A program made the position numbers and the translations under genes. Shown here piece by piece: positions 19,505-29,031 of a stretch of 64,000 bases of DNA. The number at the start of each line of letters is the position of its first letter. Position 1 is the first letter of the stretch. The DNA is taken from contig JAVLBR010000001.1 of assembly GCA_031581125.1 (NCBI GenBank), positions 25,974 through 89,973 on the forward strand. Direction: 5' to 3'. A model generated the notes under the pieces. That model did not search any database. It was not told the DNA's origin and worked only from the letters and a program-made list of their open reading frames with translations. This DNA is from Schleiferiaceae bacterium. Its GTDB lineage: Bacteria; Bacteroidota; Bacteroidia; Flavobacteriales; Schleiferiaceae.

Positions 19505-21010
19505 ATGCGTTATCTGCCTTCCTTCCTGCTGCTGCTTTTGCTCAGCAGCGCCTGCCAGGAAAAAGCCCCGCCCAGGGCCGATACAGCCGGGCGCTTTACC
19601 GTATGGCAAACCTCCGCCCAGGGCCATAAACTGGACACTGTAACGCCAGTGGACAGCGCTGCCACGGATACCTTCCTGCTGCAGCCGGAGCAAACCTTTC
19701 AAACCATTACCGGCTTTGGCGGCGCCTTCACGGAAGCCTCTGCCCATGTATTGGGACAGTTGTCTGCCCGGCAGCGTCAGCGGGTGCTCAGGGCTTATTT
19801 TGCCGATACCGGCGCCGCCTACAGCCTCACCCGCACCCACATCAACAGCTGCGACTTTTCGCTGGGCCATTACAGCTACGATACCGTACCCGGCGATACC
19901 GCACTGCGTCACTTCAGCATCGCCGAGGATACCGCCGACCTCATCCCCATGATCCAGGCTGCTCAGGACCTCTCGAGCGATGGTTTCCGCATCATCGCCA
20001 GCCCCTGGACCGCTCCCCCCTGGATGAAAACCAATGAAGACTGGGAGGGCGGCCGCTTAAAACCCGCCTATTATCACACCTGGGCCCAGTACCTCCACCG
20101 CTACCTCCAGGCTTACGACTCCCTGGGCGTGCCCATTTGGGCCCTCACGGTAGAGAACGAGCCGCTGGGCAACAACGAAAGCTGGGAAAGCATGCACTAC
20201 AGCCCCGCTACCATGGGCCAGTTCATCACCCGCCATCTACAGCCCGTACTGGCCGCTTCAAAATACGATCCGGAGATCCTCTTTTTCGATCAAAACCGGG
20301 ATGAAGAAATGCTCAAATGGGCCCGCCACTTCTATAATAACGACAGCCTCCGGCAAGCCGTGGACGGCATCGCTATCCACTGGTATGCCAGCACTTTCAA
20401 GTGGTTTCCCGAGAGACTACAAGCCGTTCATAAGCGGGCACCTACCAAACGGATGATCCAAACGGAAGCCTGTGTGGATGCCGAAGTGCCCCACTGGCGC
20501 GACGATGCCTGGTACTGGCGCCCGGAAGCCACCGACTGGGGATACCAGTGGGCCCGCCCTGAAAACAAGGACCTTCACCCGCCTTATGTACCGGCCTATC
20601 GCTATGCCCGCGACATCATCGGCTGCCTGAACAACCAAGTACAGGGCTGGGTAGATTGGAACCTGGTGCTCAACCGGCAGGGCGGCCCCAATCACGCCCA
20701 GAACTGGTGCATAGCCCCCGTCATAGCCGATCCCCGCCAGGATGCCGTGTACTTTACCCCCCTCTACTACATCATGGCCCATTTCAGCAAGTTTATACGG
20801 CCGGGGGCCAAACGTATAGCCCTCCAAACGAGCAACCAAAGCACCCTATCCACGGCCGTCCGCAACCCGGATGGATCGCTGGTAGCGGTGCTGTTTAATT
20901 CCAGCTCAAAAGGGGTGAATTACCGGGTTAAAACGCCCCAGGCTGAAGGTAATTTTCATTTGGCCCCCCGGGCCTTACAAACCCTCCTACTCCAACCTGA
21001 AAAAAGCTAA
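19505..21010 (+). CDS. GH30 glycosidase (glucosylceramidase-like; probable exo/endo-beta-1,6-glucanase)
   Basis: The ORF 19415..21010 overlaps the previous gene. The ATG at 19505 gives a lipoprotein signal, MRYLPSFLLLLLLSSAC. GH30 motifs are GFGGAFTEASA, ASPWTAPPWMK, LTVENEP (acid/base) and MIQTEAC (nucleophile). Confidence 0.87.
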   Translation: MRYLPSFLLLLLLSSACQEKAPPRADTAGRFTVWQTSAQGHKLDTVTPVDSAATDTFLLQPEQTFQTITGFGGAFTEASAHVLGQLSARQRQRVLRAYFADTGAAYSLTRTHINSCDFSLGHYSYDTVPGDTALRHFSIAEDTADLIPMIQAAQDLSSDGFRIIASPWTAPPWMKTNEDWEGGRLKPAYYHTWAQYLHRYLQAYDSLGVPIWALTVENEPLGNNESWESMHYSPATMGQFITRHLQPVLAASKYDPEILFFDQNRDEEMLKWARHFYNNDSLRQAVDGIAIHWYASTFKWFPERLQAVHKRAPTKRMIQTEACVDAEVPHWRDDAWYWRPEATDWGYQWARPENKDLHPPYVPAYRYARDIIGCLNNQVQGWVDWNLVLNRQGGPNHAQNWCIAPVIADPRQDAVYFTPLYYIMAHFSKFIRPGAKRIALQTSNQSTLSTAVRNPDGSLVAVLFNSSSKGVNYRVKTPQAEGNFHLAPRALQTLLLQPEKS

Positions 21011-21017
21011 CTCCTCC

Positions 21018-24000
21018 TTGGAAAAGACGAAGCAAGCCACTTACCTCGGCCATACGCCCCTGCGCCAGGCAGACCATCCCGTAAAGGGCTATTATGAAAA
21101 CCGCGCCGGAGAGAAGTTTTACTGCATAGAGGGGTTTGCGCAAATGCCGCCTTTCCTCATGAGCCTGGTGAGCAGCAGCGACCAGTGGCTCTTTATAGCC
21201 AGCAATGGCGCCCTAACGGCCGGCCGCAAAAGCCCTGATACCGCCCTTTTCCCGTATTACACCGTAGATAAGATCTTCCACGCTGCGGATATCACCGGTA
21301 GTAAAACCCTCCTGCGGGTATATCGCGCCGGTACATGGCAGCTTTGGGAACCCTTTTCCGCCGCTGGCCCCTCCGTGTACCGGGTAAAAACACGCCTCTG
21401 TAAGAATCAAACCGGGAACGTACTGCGTTTTGAAGCCCACAATGAAGACCTGGAATTGTCCTTTGTCTATCAATGGCGGTTCTCGCCCGAGCACGGTTTT
21501 CTGCGGGATGCCTCCCTACACAATACCGGCGCCCAAAACCAATCGGTAGAGGTACTGGACGGCCTGCAAAATCTCCTGCCCTGGGGGATAGATCGGCACC
21601 TGCAAAACAACCTGAGCACCCTGGCCGATGCGTACAAAAAAGCAGAACTAAGCCCGGCCGGTATGGGCATCTTTAGCCTGAGCTCCATGGTAGTGGACCG
21701 GGCAGAGCCCAGCGAAGCCCTCCGGGCTACCACCGTATGGCAAAGCGGGCTACCTGCCCAAAAGCATCTGCTTTCCAGCCGTCAGCTCGACCGCTTTCGG
21801 CACGGAGCGCCCCTGGAAAACGAAACCCTGGTAAGGGCCCAGCGGGGGGCTTTCTTTGTGCAGGCGGCGCTGGAACTAGCCCCTGAGGCCACCCAGGAAT
21901 GGCTTATGGTAGCCGAAGTAGCCCAGAGCACCGCAAGTACCCTCCGGCTGGAAAACCGGCTCGCCCGGAAAAAGGAACTGTACCAGGAAGTACAGGCCTC
22001 TCAGCAGCTGGATACCGAAAGCCTCCACCAAAAAATAGCCGCCGCCGATGGCCTGCAGCATACGGCTGATGAACTGGCTGCGGGGCGCCATTATGGCAAT
22101 GTGCTCTTTAACATTATGCGCGGCGGCGTTTTTGAGGACGGCTACCTCCTGCCAAAAAAGGCGTTCCAAGCGCATATCCATCACTTTAATAAACCCCTGT
22201 ACCAAGACCAAGAGGCATTTTTGGCCAGCCTGCCGAGCCCATTGCCCTTGGCCCGTCTTAGCCAGCAGGTCAGGGATAAAGGGGATTTAGATCTCATCCG
22301 GCTCACCGCCGAGTTTTTGCCCCTAAGCTTTAGCCGGCGCCACGGCGACCCCAGCCGGCCCTGGAACCACTTTACCATTCATGGATTGGATGCCAACGGC
22401 CATACCCAAATGCATTACGAGGGGAATTGGCGCGATATTTTTCAAAACTGGGAGGCCCTGGCCTATGCCTTTCCGGCATTTGCGGAGGGCATGATCTTTA
22501 AATTTTTAAATGCCAGCACCATAGATGGCTACAACCCCTATCGCATCACTCAAGATGGTATCGACTGGGAAGTTATTGACCCGCAAGACCCTTGGTCCTA
22601 CATCGGCTACTGGGGGGATCACCAGATCATTTACCTGCTCAAGCTGCTCGAGCACCAGGAAAACCATTATCCGGGCCGCCTCGCCAGCTACCTGGACCAG
22701 GACTGGTTTGTGTACGCCCAGGTGCCCTACCGGCAAAAAACCTATGAGCAACTACTCGAAGACCCTCATAACACCATACTTTACGAAGAGGAGCTGGCTA
22801 AGGAAATAGCGGAAAGAGAAAAGCACCTGGGCGCCGACGGCCGCCTGGTGCACGATGCTAAGGAACAGCGGGTACGGGCTAATTTGACCGAGAAACTGCT
22901 ACTGCCCGCCCTCACCAAGTTAAGCCATTTTGTGCCCGAAGCGGGTATTTGGCTCAATACCCAACGCCCGGAGTGGAACGATGCCAATAATGCGCTGGTA
23001 GGCAATGGGGCCAGTATGGTTACGCTCTACTACCTCCGGCGTTTCTTGCGCTTTCTTCCCCAGCTTCTAGACGGACGCCAGAAACCACTGACCGTAAACG
23101 CTCCCCTGGCCCATCTACTGCAGGCTTTGCATAGCGCCTTCGCTGATTATGCCCCGGTAGCCCGGCAAAAAGGCGGCTTCTCGGACCCAGAGAGAAAAGC
23201 CATGCTAGACCGCCTGGGGCAGGCCGGCGAGCGCTACCGGGAAACGGTCTACCAAGCACCTCATCAAGAAAGAGTAGCCCTGAAGCCCGATAGCATCCGG
23301 GACTTTTGTGAGGCGGTAATGCCCGTGATCGACGCCAGCATCGAACGCAACAAAGGCGCCGATGGCCTCTACGAAGCCTACAACATCCTTCACCTCCAGC
23401 CAGAGGCCATAGGGGTAAAACGGCTTTACCCCATGTTAGAAGGCCAAGTGGCCGTACTGAGTGCGGGCTATTTAAACCCCGAACAGGCCCTGGCGCTGCT
23501 GGATAAGCTCAAGGAAAGCCCCCTTTTTCGCCCGGACCAATACAGCTATCTCCTTTACCCCGATAAAGCACTGCCTTCCTTCCTGGCCAAAAACACCCTC
23601 GACCGGAAAGAGGTGGCCCATTCCGCGCTCCTGCAGGAACTCGAACTACGGGGAGACCACCGCCTGGTAGAACAAGATCAAGCCGGTGATTATCACTTTG
23701 GGGGAGACCTGCATAACGCTCGCGATCTGCGGAGTTTATTAGCGGAATTGCGCCAAGAGGAAACCCTCCAACCCCTGGTAGACGCGGAGCGCGAGCGCTG
23801 GGAAGCCGCCTTTGAGGCTACCTTTGACCACCAGTCTTTTACCGGACGCAGCGGAACTTTCTTCGCCTTTGAAGGCCTGGGCAGTATCTACTGGCACATG
23901 GTAAGTAAATTACTGCTGGCGGTACAAGAACAACTTTATGCGGCCCAGGGCGCCCGGAAGGAGCTCCGCGGCAGGCTCATTAACCATTATTACGAAATAC

Positions 24001-24482
24001 GCGCCGGCATCGGGATTGACAAGGGACCCGAACTTTACGGGGCCTTTCCCACTGATGCCTACAGCCACACCCCTGCTCACGCCGGAGCGCAGCAGCCGGG
24101 CATGACCGGACAGGTAAAAGAGGACATTCTCAACCGCTGGGCAGAGCTGGGTGTACAAGTAAAAGGTGGTCAGGTATATTTTGCTCCTCACTTCCTCCGC
24201 CGGGAAGAATTTTGGGAAGAGGCAGGCACCTTTTCCTTTTACGCCGGCAAAGAAAAAGAAACGCTGGCCCTTCCCCCCAACAGCCTGGCTTTTACCTATG
24301 CGGGCTTACCCGTGATCTATCGGAAGGCCAGCAACCCCCTATTGCGGCTGCATTACCGCAATGGAACCGTACAGGAGCGGGAAAGGCTGCATTTATCGCC
24401 CGAGGAAAGTCAAGGCTTGCTGGCGCGGGACGAAGCCTTCCACCATCTGGAAGTACATCTACCTGGCAGCCACTTGCTGTAA
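21018..24482 (+). CDS. Large cytoplasmic GH94-clan-like protein; candidate beta-1,3-glucan/laminaribiose phosphorylase (GH149/GH161-like)
   Basis: An 1154-aa uninterrupted ORF with an apparent TTG start and no signal peptide. The motifs GNWRDIFQNW (22421-22450) and RPEWNDANNAL (near 22965-22997) resemble the RDxxQD and DWND motifs of GH94-type phosphorylases, in the right order. It is the last gene of the PUL. The CDS itself is near-certain; the function is inferred. Confidence 0.5.
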   Translation: MEKTKQATYLGHTPLRQADHPVKGYYENRAGEKFYCIEGFAQMPPFLMSLVSSSDQWLFIASNGALTAGRKSPDTALFPYYTVDKIFHAADITGSKTLLRVYRAGTWQLWEPFSAAGPSVYRVKTRLCKNQTGNVLRFEAHNEDLELSFVYQWRFSPEHGFLRDASLHNTGAQNQSVEVLDGLQNLLPWGIDRHLQNNLSTLADAYKKAELSPAGMGIFSLSSMVVDRAEPSEALRATTVWQSGLPAQKHLLSSRQLDRFRHGAPLENETLVRAQRGAFFVQAALELAPEATQEWLMVAEVAQSTASTLRLENRLARKKELYQEVQASQQLDTESLHQKIAAADGLQHTADELAAGRHYGNVLFNIMRGGVFEDGYLLPKKAFQAHIHHFNKPLYQDQEAFLASLPSPLPLARLSQQVRDKGDLDLIRLTAEFLPLSFSRRHGDPSRPWNHFTIHGLDANGHTQMHYEGNWRDIFQNWEALAYAFPAFAEGMIFKFLNASTIDGYNPYRITQDGIDWEVIDPQDPWSYIGYWGDHQIIYLLKLLEHQENHYPGRLASYLDQDWFVYAQVPYRQKTYEQLLEDPHNTILYEEELAKEIAEREKHLGADGRLVHDAKEQRVRANLTEKLLLPALTKLSHFVPEAGIWLNTQRPEWNDANNALVGNGASMVTLYYLRRFLRFLPQLLDGRQKPLTVNAPLAHLLQALHSAFADYAPVARQKGGFSDPERKAMLDRLGQAGERYRETVYQAPHQERVALKPDSIRDFCEAVMPVIDASIERNKGADGLYEAYNILHLQPEAIGVKRLYPMLEGQVAVLSAGYLNPEQALALLDKLKESPLFRPDQYSYLLYPDKALPSFLAKNTLDRKEVAHSALLQELELRGDHRLVEQDQAGDYHFGGDLHNARDLRSLLAELRQEETLQPLVDAERERWEAAFEATFDHQSFTGRSGTFFAFEGLGSIYWHMVSKLLLAVQEQLYAAQGARKELRGRLINHYYEIRAGIGIDKGPELYGAFPTDAYSHTPAHAGAQQPGMTGQVKEDILNRWAELGVQVKGGQVYFAPHFLRREEFWEEAGTFSFYAGKEKETLALPPNSLAFTYAGLPVIYRKASNPLLRLHYRNGTVQERERLHLSPEESQGLLARDEAFHHLEVHLPGSHLL

Positions 24483-24493
24483 TTTGCCAAACG

Positions 24494-24527
24494 AAAAAAG
24501 CCCGGTGCGAAGCAGCGGGCTTTCTTT
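24494..24527. terminator. Bidirectional intrinsic terminator between convergent genes
   Basis: aaaaaAGCCCGgtgcgaagcagCGGGCTttcttt: a 6-bp GC stem flanked by an A-run and a T-run, between the PUL end (24482) and the secG end (24590). Confidence 0.55.
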
Positions 24528-24589
24528 ATACGGTCCATTTCCAGAAGGAAAAATTAAGCTTTGTGAGCGTTCTCGGAAGACGGACGGCG

Positions 24590-25021
24590 CTATTGCTCCT
24601 CGTCTTCCACCGATTCAGGCATGGAAAGGTCACCTTCCTGGCCACGCTGAGCCGGCTGACCCTGCGACTGCTGAGCTGGCTGGCCTTGCTGCCCGCCCCC
24701 CTGCGGCATATTCAGGGGTTGCTGGGCCGGCGCTTGCGGCGCCTGCTCTTCTGACTCGAGGATGCGGGAGTTAGGAGTTTCCTGTGAAGATTCCGGCGTG
24801 AGGCTTACATTGGCAAAAAGTACCAGCACTACCAGAACAATCGCCAGGCCCCAGGTGCCTCGATCGAGAAAATCCGTTGTTTTTTTGACGCCGCCAAAGA
24901 CTTGAGTTCCCCCGCCACCGAAGGAAGAACTCAGGCCTCCACCTTTGGGGTTTTGCACCAAGACGATGATGATCAAAAGGATGCACACTAAAATAATGAG
25001 GGCGGCAAAGAAAGTAGCCAT
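24590..25021 (-). CDS. secG: Preprotein translocase subunit SecG (with Q/P-rich C-terminal extension)
   Basis: MATFFAALIILVCILLIIIVLVQNPKGGGLSSSFGGGGTQVFGGVKKTTDFLDRGTW.. is the canonical SecG two-TM plus Gly-rich loop pattern. Confidence 0.9.
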   Translation of the reverse strand: MATFFAALIILVCILLIIIVLVQNPKGGGLSSSFGGGGTQVFGGVKKTTDFLDRGTWGLAIVLVVLVLFANVSLTPESSQETPNSRILESEEQAPQAPAQQPLNMPQGGGQQGQPAQQSQGQPAQRGQEGDLSMPESVEDEEQ

Positions 25022-25032
25022 GGTAGGGTATA

Positions 25033-26817
25033 TTATTTGCTGTTAGTCAGTTCTTTGATCTCGGCAATTCGGCCGGCAAAGAAACTACTTTTTTCGGGAT
25101 ATTTCAACTTAAGGATCTCGTAGGCCTGAATGGCCTTTTTGTAGTGCTTTTGGCGGATGTACACCTTGGCCAGGGTTTCGGTAACCAAGGCTCCGTCTAC
25201 CTCTTTTGGCCTATCAGGGGTTTTTAAGGGGCGATTGGGAGCCGGTTTATCTTCCGGGGGCGGTGGTCCGCCAGGTTTTTTCTTTTTGAGCTCCGGCAGC
25301 TTTTCCACGAAGGCGTCCAGCAATTGGAGCTTGTCTTCCATGGACAGATCCTCCGCTTCCTTTTCTTCCGATGCCTGAGCACTTGTTCCCGCAGACGCTC
25401 TATCTTCATCCGAGGATGAGGAGCGGGAAGGCTCCGCAGGTGGACTATCTTCAATGGAGGCGGAGCTTGACGGCGCCGGGGAAGCTTCGGCGGCACTAGA
25501 GGAAGCCGGCGTTTCGTCTTGCGTTGAGGGGGCCTTGGGGGGGGTACCGGAGAGGCGTTTCAGCCAGTAGGTAAAGCTATGCGGCTGGCCTTCTTTTTCG
25601 GCGGCCGGCGCTTCTGAAGAACGCTCTTCTGAAGAAGACTCTGCTTCCTCCGCTGGGCTTTGCTCTTGGTCTAAGGCGGTACTAGGCTCATCTACCAAGC
25701 GGGGCACATCTTCTTGCCGGTATTGGTCGATAAGCGCTTCTATCTCTAAAAACTCTTGATCGAGCGCGGAGTCTTCCTTGCCCTCGGAGGGGGCATCCGA
25801 TTCTCTTTCATCATCTGGGGAAGTTTCGCCGAGGGAAGCGGTGGAAGAAGTCGGGTGGTCTTCAGGGTCCGGGCCGGTAGCTTCGGAGGCTGTTTCGGAA
25901 GCCTCGTCGCTCCTGGCAGCCGTTTCCTCAGATTTCTCCGGCTCGGGGGTGGTGGTATTTTCCGGTTCAGGCGTCAGCTCTCCTTTAGAAAGGAGCGCCC
26001 CAGCGGAGGCCTCCGCTTCTTCCGGCGGGGCCTTTCCTTCCAGGCTATCGGATTCTTCGGGCGGGGCTTCTTCGTCTTGAATTTGTTCCCGGTGCTGACG
26101 CTGGCGCAAAAGGCGGTTTTTTTCGAGGATGGCTCTCATCCGCTCGCTTAGTTGATCCTGGGCCAACTGTTGGCCCGATTCCCGGGCGGTAGGCCGGGGA
26201 GGCCTTTCTGAAGAACGGTCTTTTTCGGTTCCAGGAGCCGGTTCTTCGGGCGAGGGGGTCGTTTCCGCCGCTAAGCTTGAGGATTCTTCCGCGGGGGGCT
26301 CTTCTTTTGGGGTTTCTTCGGCTTGCCACTGCGGGGCTTCCGCTACTGACTCCTGCTCCGTAGTCGGTTGGTCTACTGGTTCCGACGCAGGCGGGGCGGA
26401 TTCATCCGCTGCTGACGGGGTATTTGGGGCGCTTTCCGGGGGCGAAGGCGCCGTTTCGGGCCTGATAGCTTCTTCCTCGGGTGCGGTTTCCTTTGGCCGG
26501 GAGGCCGGCGCCCACTCCGCTGGCTTTACCTCATCGCGCTCGCGCGATTCGCTTACTTGCTGGGCTTGCTCCTGCAGGGGGGCTTCTTCCTCAAATAGCT
26601 CGAAAAGGACGCTTCGATCGTTGGTAATGAGGGCGGTGCGCCCCAGCTGCCGTTGAAATAAGTGTTCATTAGAGTAGCGCAGGCGGGCGGCGTAGAGGAG
26701 CTGTAGGGGCTGGCTGTAGGGGTAGGCTTCGGCGAGCTGGCGCAGTTCATCCTCGGGATAATCGGCTACCTTCCGGGGGTTTTGGAGCAGGTGTATGACG
26801 GTTTCCTTGCTAAGCAT
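25033..26817 (-). CDS. Acidic low-complexity (E/P/S/A-rich) protein with C-terminal TPR-like helix pair
   Basis: A 594-aa ORF with start and stop coupled to its neighbours. It has an ordered N-terminus (..YPYSQPLQLLYAARLRY..) and ~400 aa of E/P/S/A-rich sequence. The C-terminus is LAKVYIRQKHYKKAIQAYEILKLKYPEKSSFFAGRIAEIK. Confidence 0.7.
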   Translation of the reverse strand: MLSKETVIHLLQNPRKVADYPEDELRQLAEAYPYSQPLQLLYAARLRYSNEHLFQRQLGRTALITNDRSVLFELFEEEAPLQEQAQQVSESRERDEVKPAEWAPASRPKETAPEEEAIRPETAPSPPESAPNTPSAADESAPPASEPVDQPTTEQESVAEAPQWQAEETPKEEPPAEESSSLAAETTPSPEEPAPGTEKDRSSERPPRPTARESGQQLAQDQLSERMRAILEKNRLLRQRQHREQIQDEEAPPEESDSLEGKAPPEEAEASAGALLSKGELTPEPENTTTPEPEKSEETAARSDEASETASEATGPDPEDHPTSSTASLGETSPDDERESDAPSEGKEDSALDQEFLEIEALIDQYRQEDVPRLVDEPSTALDQEQSPAEEAESSSEERSSEAPAAEKEGQPHSFTYWLKRLSGTPPKAPSTQDETPASSSAAEASPAPSSSASIEDSPPAEPSRSSSSDEDRASAGTSAQASEEKEAEDLSMEDKLQLLDAFVEKLPELKKKKPGGPPPPEDKPAPNRPLKTPDRPKEVDGALVTETLAKVYIRQKHYKKAIQAYEILKLKYPEKSSFFAGRIAEIKELTNSK

Positions 26818-27320
26818 TACCAGTCGCCAATGGCTTGATTTAGAATATTTTCAGATAGCTGCTGAACGATCTCTTGGTGCAATTGGGCTTCGACCTGATC
26901 CAGGTTGGTATTGGCATCAAAATCGGTAAACCGGCTGAAAGAGCGTTCGAAGCTTTTATCGGGCTCTAAGGTATTGGTAAATATAACATTTACGGTAATG
27001 GTAAGCCGGTTTTGGGCTACGGCGCCCACATCGGAGGCCTGGGCGTTAATGGGGCTTATTTCGTAACCGGTGATGGAGCCGCTGATCTCGAGGTCGGCAT
27101 TGCGCTCGGTGAGCGCCAGGGGGGTAAGCTGAACAAAGAGGTCCCGCAGCTGCTCGGTAAAGGTTTGGCTCAGGCCGGGCTTTACGATTTGGGCGTAATT
27201 GGGGAAATAATCGATAGAGATGGTCTCCGCATCCCCTACATCGCCTCCCGTGAAGCTATAGCCCCCGGAACAGGCGCTCAGCAGTACCAGCAGCGGTATG
27301 AGGAGGAGCTTTTTCATCAC
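26817..27320 (-). CDS. LptE-like outer-membrane lipoprotein
   Basis: Lipobox LLSAC, 167 aa. Sequence pattern and position (between the sigma-54 activator and secG) are typical of Bacteroidota LptE-family proteins. Start and stop overlap the neighbouring genes. Confidence 0.65.
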   Translation of the reverse strand: MMKKLLLIPLLVLLSACSGGYSFTGGDVGDAETISIDYFPNYAQIVKPGLSQTFTEQLRDLFVQLTPLALTERNADLEISGSITGYEISPINAQASDVGAVAQNRLTITVNVIFTNTLEPDKSFERSFSRFTDFDANTNLDQVEAQLHQEIVQQLSENILNQAIGDW

Positions 27321-28609
27321 AGGTTGTATTGCTTTATTTTTCGGTAGAGGGTCCGTTCGCTGATGCCCAGGTCTTGCGCGGCGTCTTTCCTTTTGTTATG
27401 GTTGCGGTCCAGGGCTTTTTGAATGAGCTCGATCTCTTTTTCCTGGAGCGAGAGGTTTTCGTATTCCACGGTACGCGGCTCGTGCTGGGGCGGGGTAGCG
27501 GGAGTTCCCTCCTCGGGCTCACTGTAAAGTGGTAAGTAGGGGTCGGTGTCTTCTTCCGGCGAAGTCTCCGGCGGATGACTGGGCAGGAGTTTTTCCGGCC
27601 GTTCGTTCTGGTTGAGCCTTTCGAGGAGGTGGCTGTGATTTTCCTTCCACTGCTGATCGGGCTCACCGTTGTGCATCAATTCAGAGGTAAGCTTTTTTAG
27701 GTCGGCTATGTCTTTGCGCATATCGAAGAGGACCTTGTAGAGGATTTCCCGTTCGTTGGCAAAGTCGCCGCCCTGGCCGCTGGAGCCGCCTTCATGTTTG
27801 TAGAGGGCGGGCAGGCTGCTTTTGGGGACATCGGGGAGATAGGCCATCAGCGTATCGGCTTCGATGGCCTTTTCGTGTTCGATCACGGAGAGCTGCTCGG
27901 CCAGATTGCGGAGCTGCCGGATATTGCCGGGCCAGTGATAGCGCTTGAGCAATTGCACCGCTTCTTCGCTCAGCCGGATAGGGGGCACGCGGTACTTATC
28001 GGCAAAATCGGAGGCAAACTTGCGAAAGAGCAGGTGAATATCTTCTTTGCGTTCCCGCAAGGGAGGAAGCGGTATTTCTACCGTGTTGAGGCGGTAATAG
28101 AGGTCTTCCCGAAACTTACCTTTTTGAATGGCTTCCAGGAGGTTTACGTTGGTAGCGGCGCAGATGCGCACATCGGTTTTAAGGCTGCGGGAAGAACCTA
28201 CTTTGATAAATTCTCCTGTTTCGAGCACCCGCAGCAGGCGCACCTGGGTGGCCAGGGGCAGCTCGCCCACCTCATCGAGGAAAATGGTGCCCCCGTCTGC
28301 CTCCTCAAAATAGCCTTTACGGGCGCCGGTAGCGCCGGTAAAGGAACCTTTTTCGTGGCCAAATAACTCACTATCGATGGTACCTTCGGGGATGGCGCCA
28401 CAGTTTACCGCTATATATTTATTGTGTTTGCGGTGGCTCTGGGAGTGGATAATGCGGGGAATGGCCTCCTTGCCCACCCCACTTTCGCCGGATACCAGCA
28501 CGGAAATATCGGTTCCTGCCACCTGCAGCGCCTTTTGGAGGGCGCGTTCCAGGCCCTCGGAGGTGCCTATGATGCCAAAGCGTTGCTTTATATCTTGCGT
28601 ATTGCTCAC
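27317..28609 (-). CDS. Sigma-54-dependent transcriptional activator (AAA+ domain plus Fis-type HTH, no N-terminal sensory domain)
   Basis: Walker A GESGVGKE, the GAFTGA-type loop GHEKGSFTGA, Walker B IFLDEVGEL, and the C-terminal HTH AAQDLGISERTLYRKIKQY. GTG start overlapping the upstream stop (GTGA). Confidence 0.9.
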   Translation of the reverse strand: MSNTQDIKQRFGIIGTSEGLERALQKALQVAGTDISVLVSGESGVGKEAIPRIIHSQSHRKHNKYIAVNCGAIPEGTIDSELFGHEKGSFTGATGARKGYFEEADGGTIFLDEVGELPLATQVRLLRVLETGEFIKVGSSRSLKTDVRICAATNVNLLEAIQKGKFREDLYYRLNTVEIPLPPLRERKEDIHLLFRKFASDFADKYRVPPIRLSEEAVQLLKRYHWPGNIRQLRNLAEQLSVIEHEKAIEADTLMAYLPDVPKSSLPALYKHEGGSSGQGGDFANEREILYKVLFDMRKDIADLKKLTSELMHNGEPDQQWKENHSHLLERLNQNERPEKLLPSHPPETSPEEDTDPYLPLYSEPEEGTPATPPQHEPRTVEYENLSLQEKEIELIQKALDRNHNKRKDAAQDLGISERTLYRKIKQYNL

Positions 28610-29022
28610 TGGAATCGGTGTTTTATACGAATAGGTTCGGCTTGGTGGATATGCGTTCCGGTAGATTCATTGATCACGTAGCTGCGAAAAGCTTCCACCG
28701 TCATGTAGCGAGCCTGGGGTAACTTTTTGGGGATCACCAGGCCCTGGGTTCGGCCGGTGGCCTTTCCCTCCCATATGAGCTCATCGGTACCATTATAAAC
28801 TTTCACTTTGACCCCCGTGGTAAGGTTGCTGATGCAGCGCTCCCGGCTGGAATCGGCGACGCAGTAATAAAAGGCGCCCCGCTCTTTCACCTTATCCTGG
28901 GTTATCCAGATAGTCAGGTTATTGTCCACCCAGCGGTCGCCCGCTTTTTGTTGGCCTTTGGCCAAATGTGATAGCCCCATCACGAGCAAGAGGCTAGCCA
29001 GAAAAGCCCATTTGGTGTTCAT
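28606..29022 (-). CDS. Small secreted hypothetical protein
   Basis: 138 aa with signal peptide MNTKWAFLASLLLVMGLSHLAKG. Translationally coupled to the downstream activator gene. No recognisable motif. Confidence 0.6.
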   Translation of the reverse strand: MNTKWAFLASLLLVMGLSHLAKGQQKAGDRWVDNNLTIWITQDKVKERGAFYYCVADSSRERCISNLTTGVKVKVYNGTDELIWEGKATGRTQGLVIPKKLPQARYMTVEAFRSYVINESTGTHIHQAEPIRIKHRFQ

Positions 29023-29031
29023 AGTGTAAGG

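Noticed and set aside
24212-24774. Plus-strand ORFs overlapping the PUL end and secG
   Set aside because: They are out of frame with, or antisense to, well-supported genes and cross a terminator. Their translations are Arg/Leu/Pro-rich.
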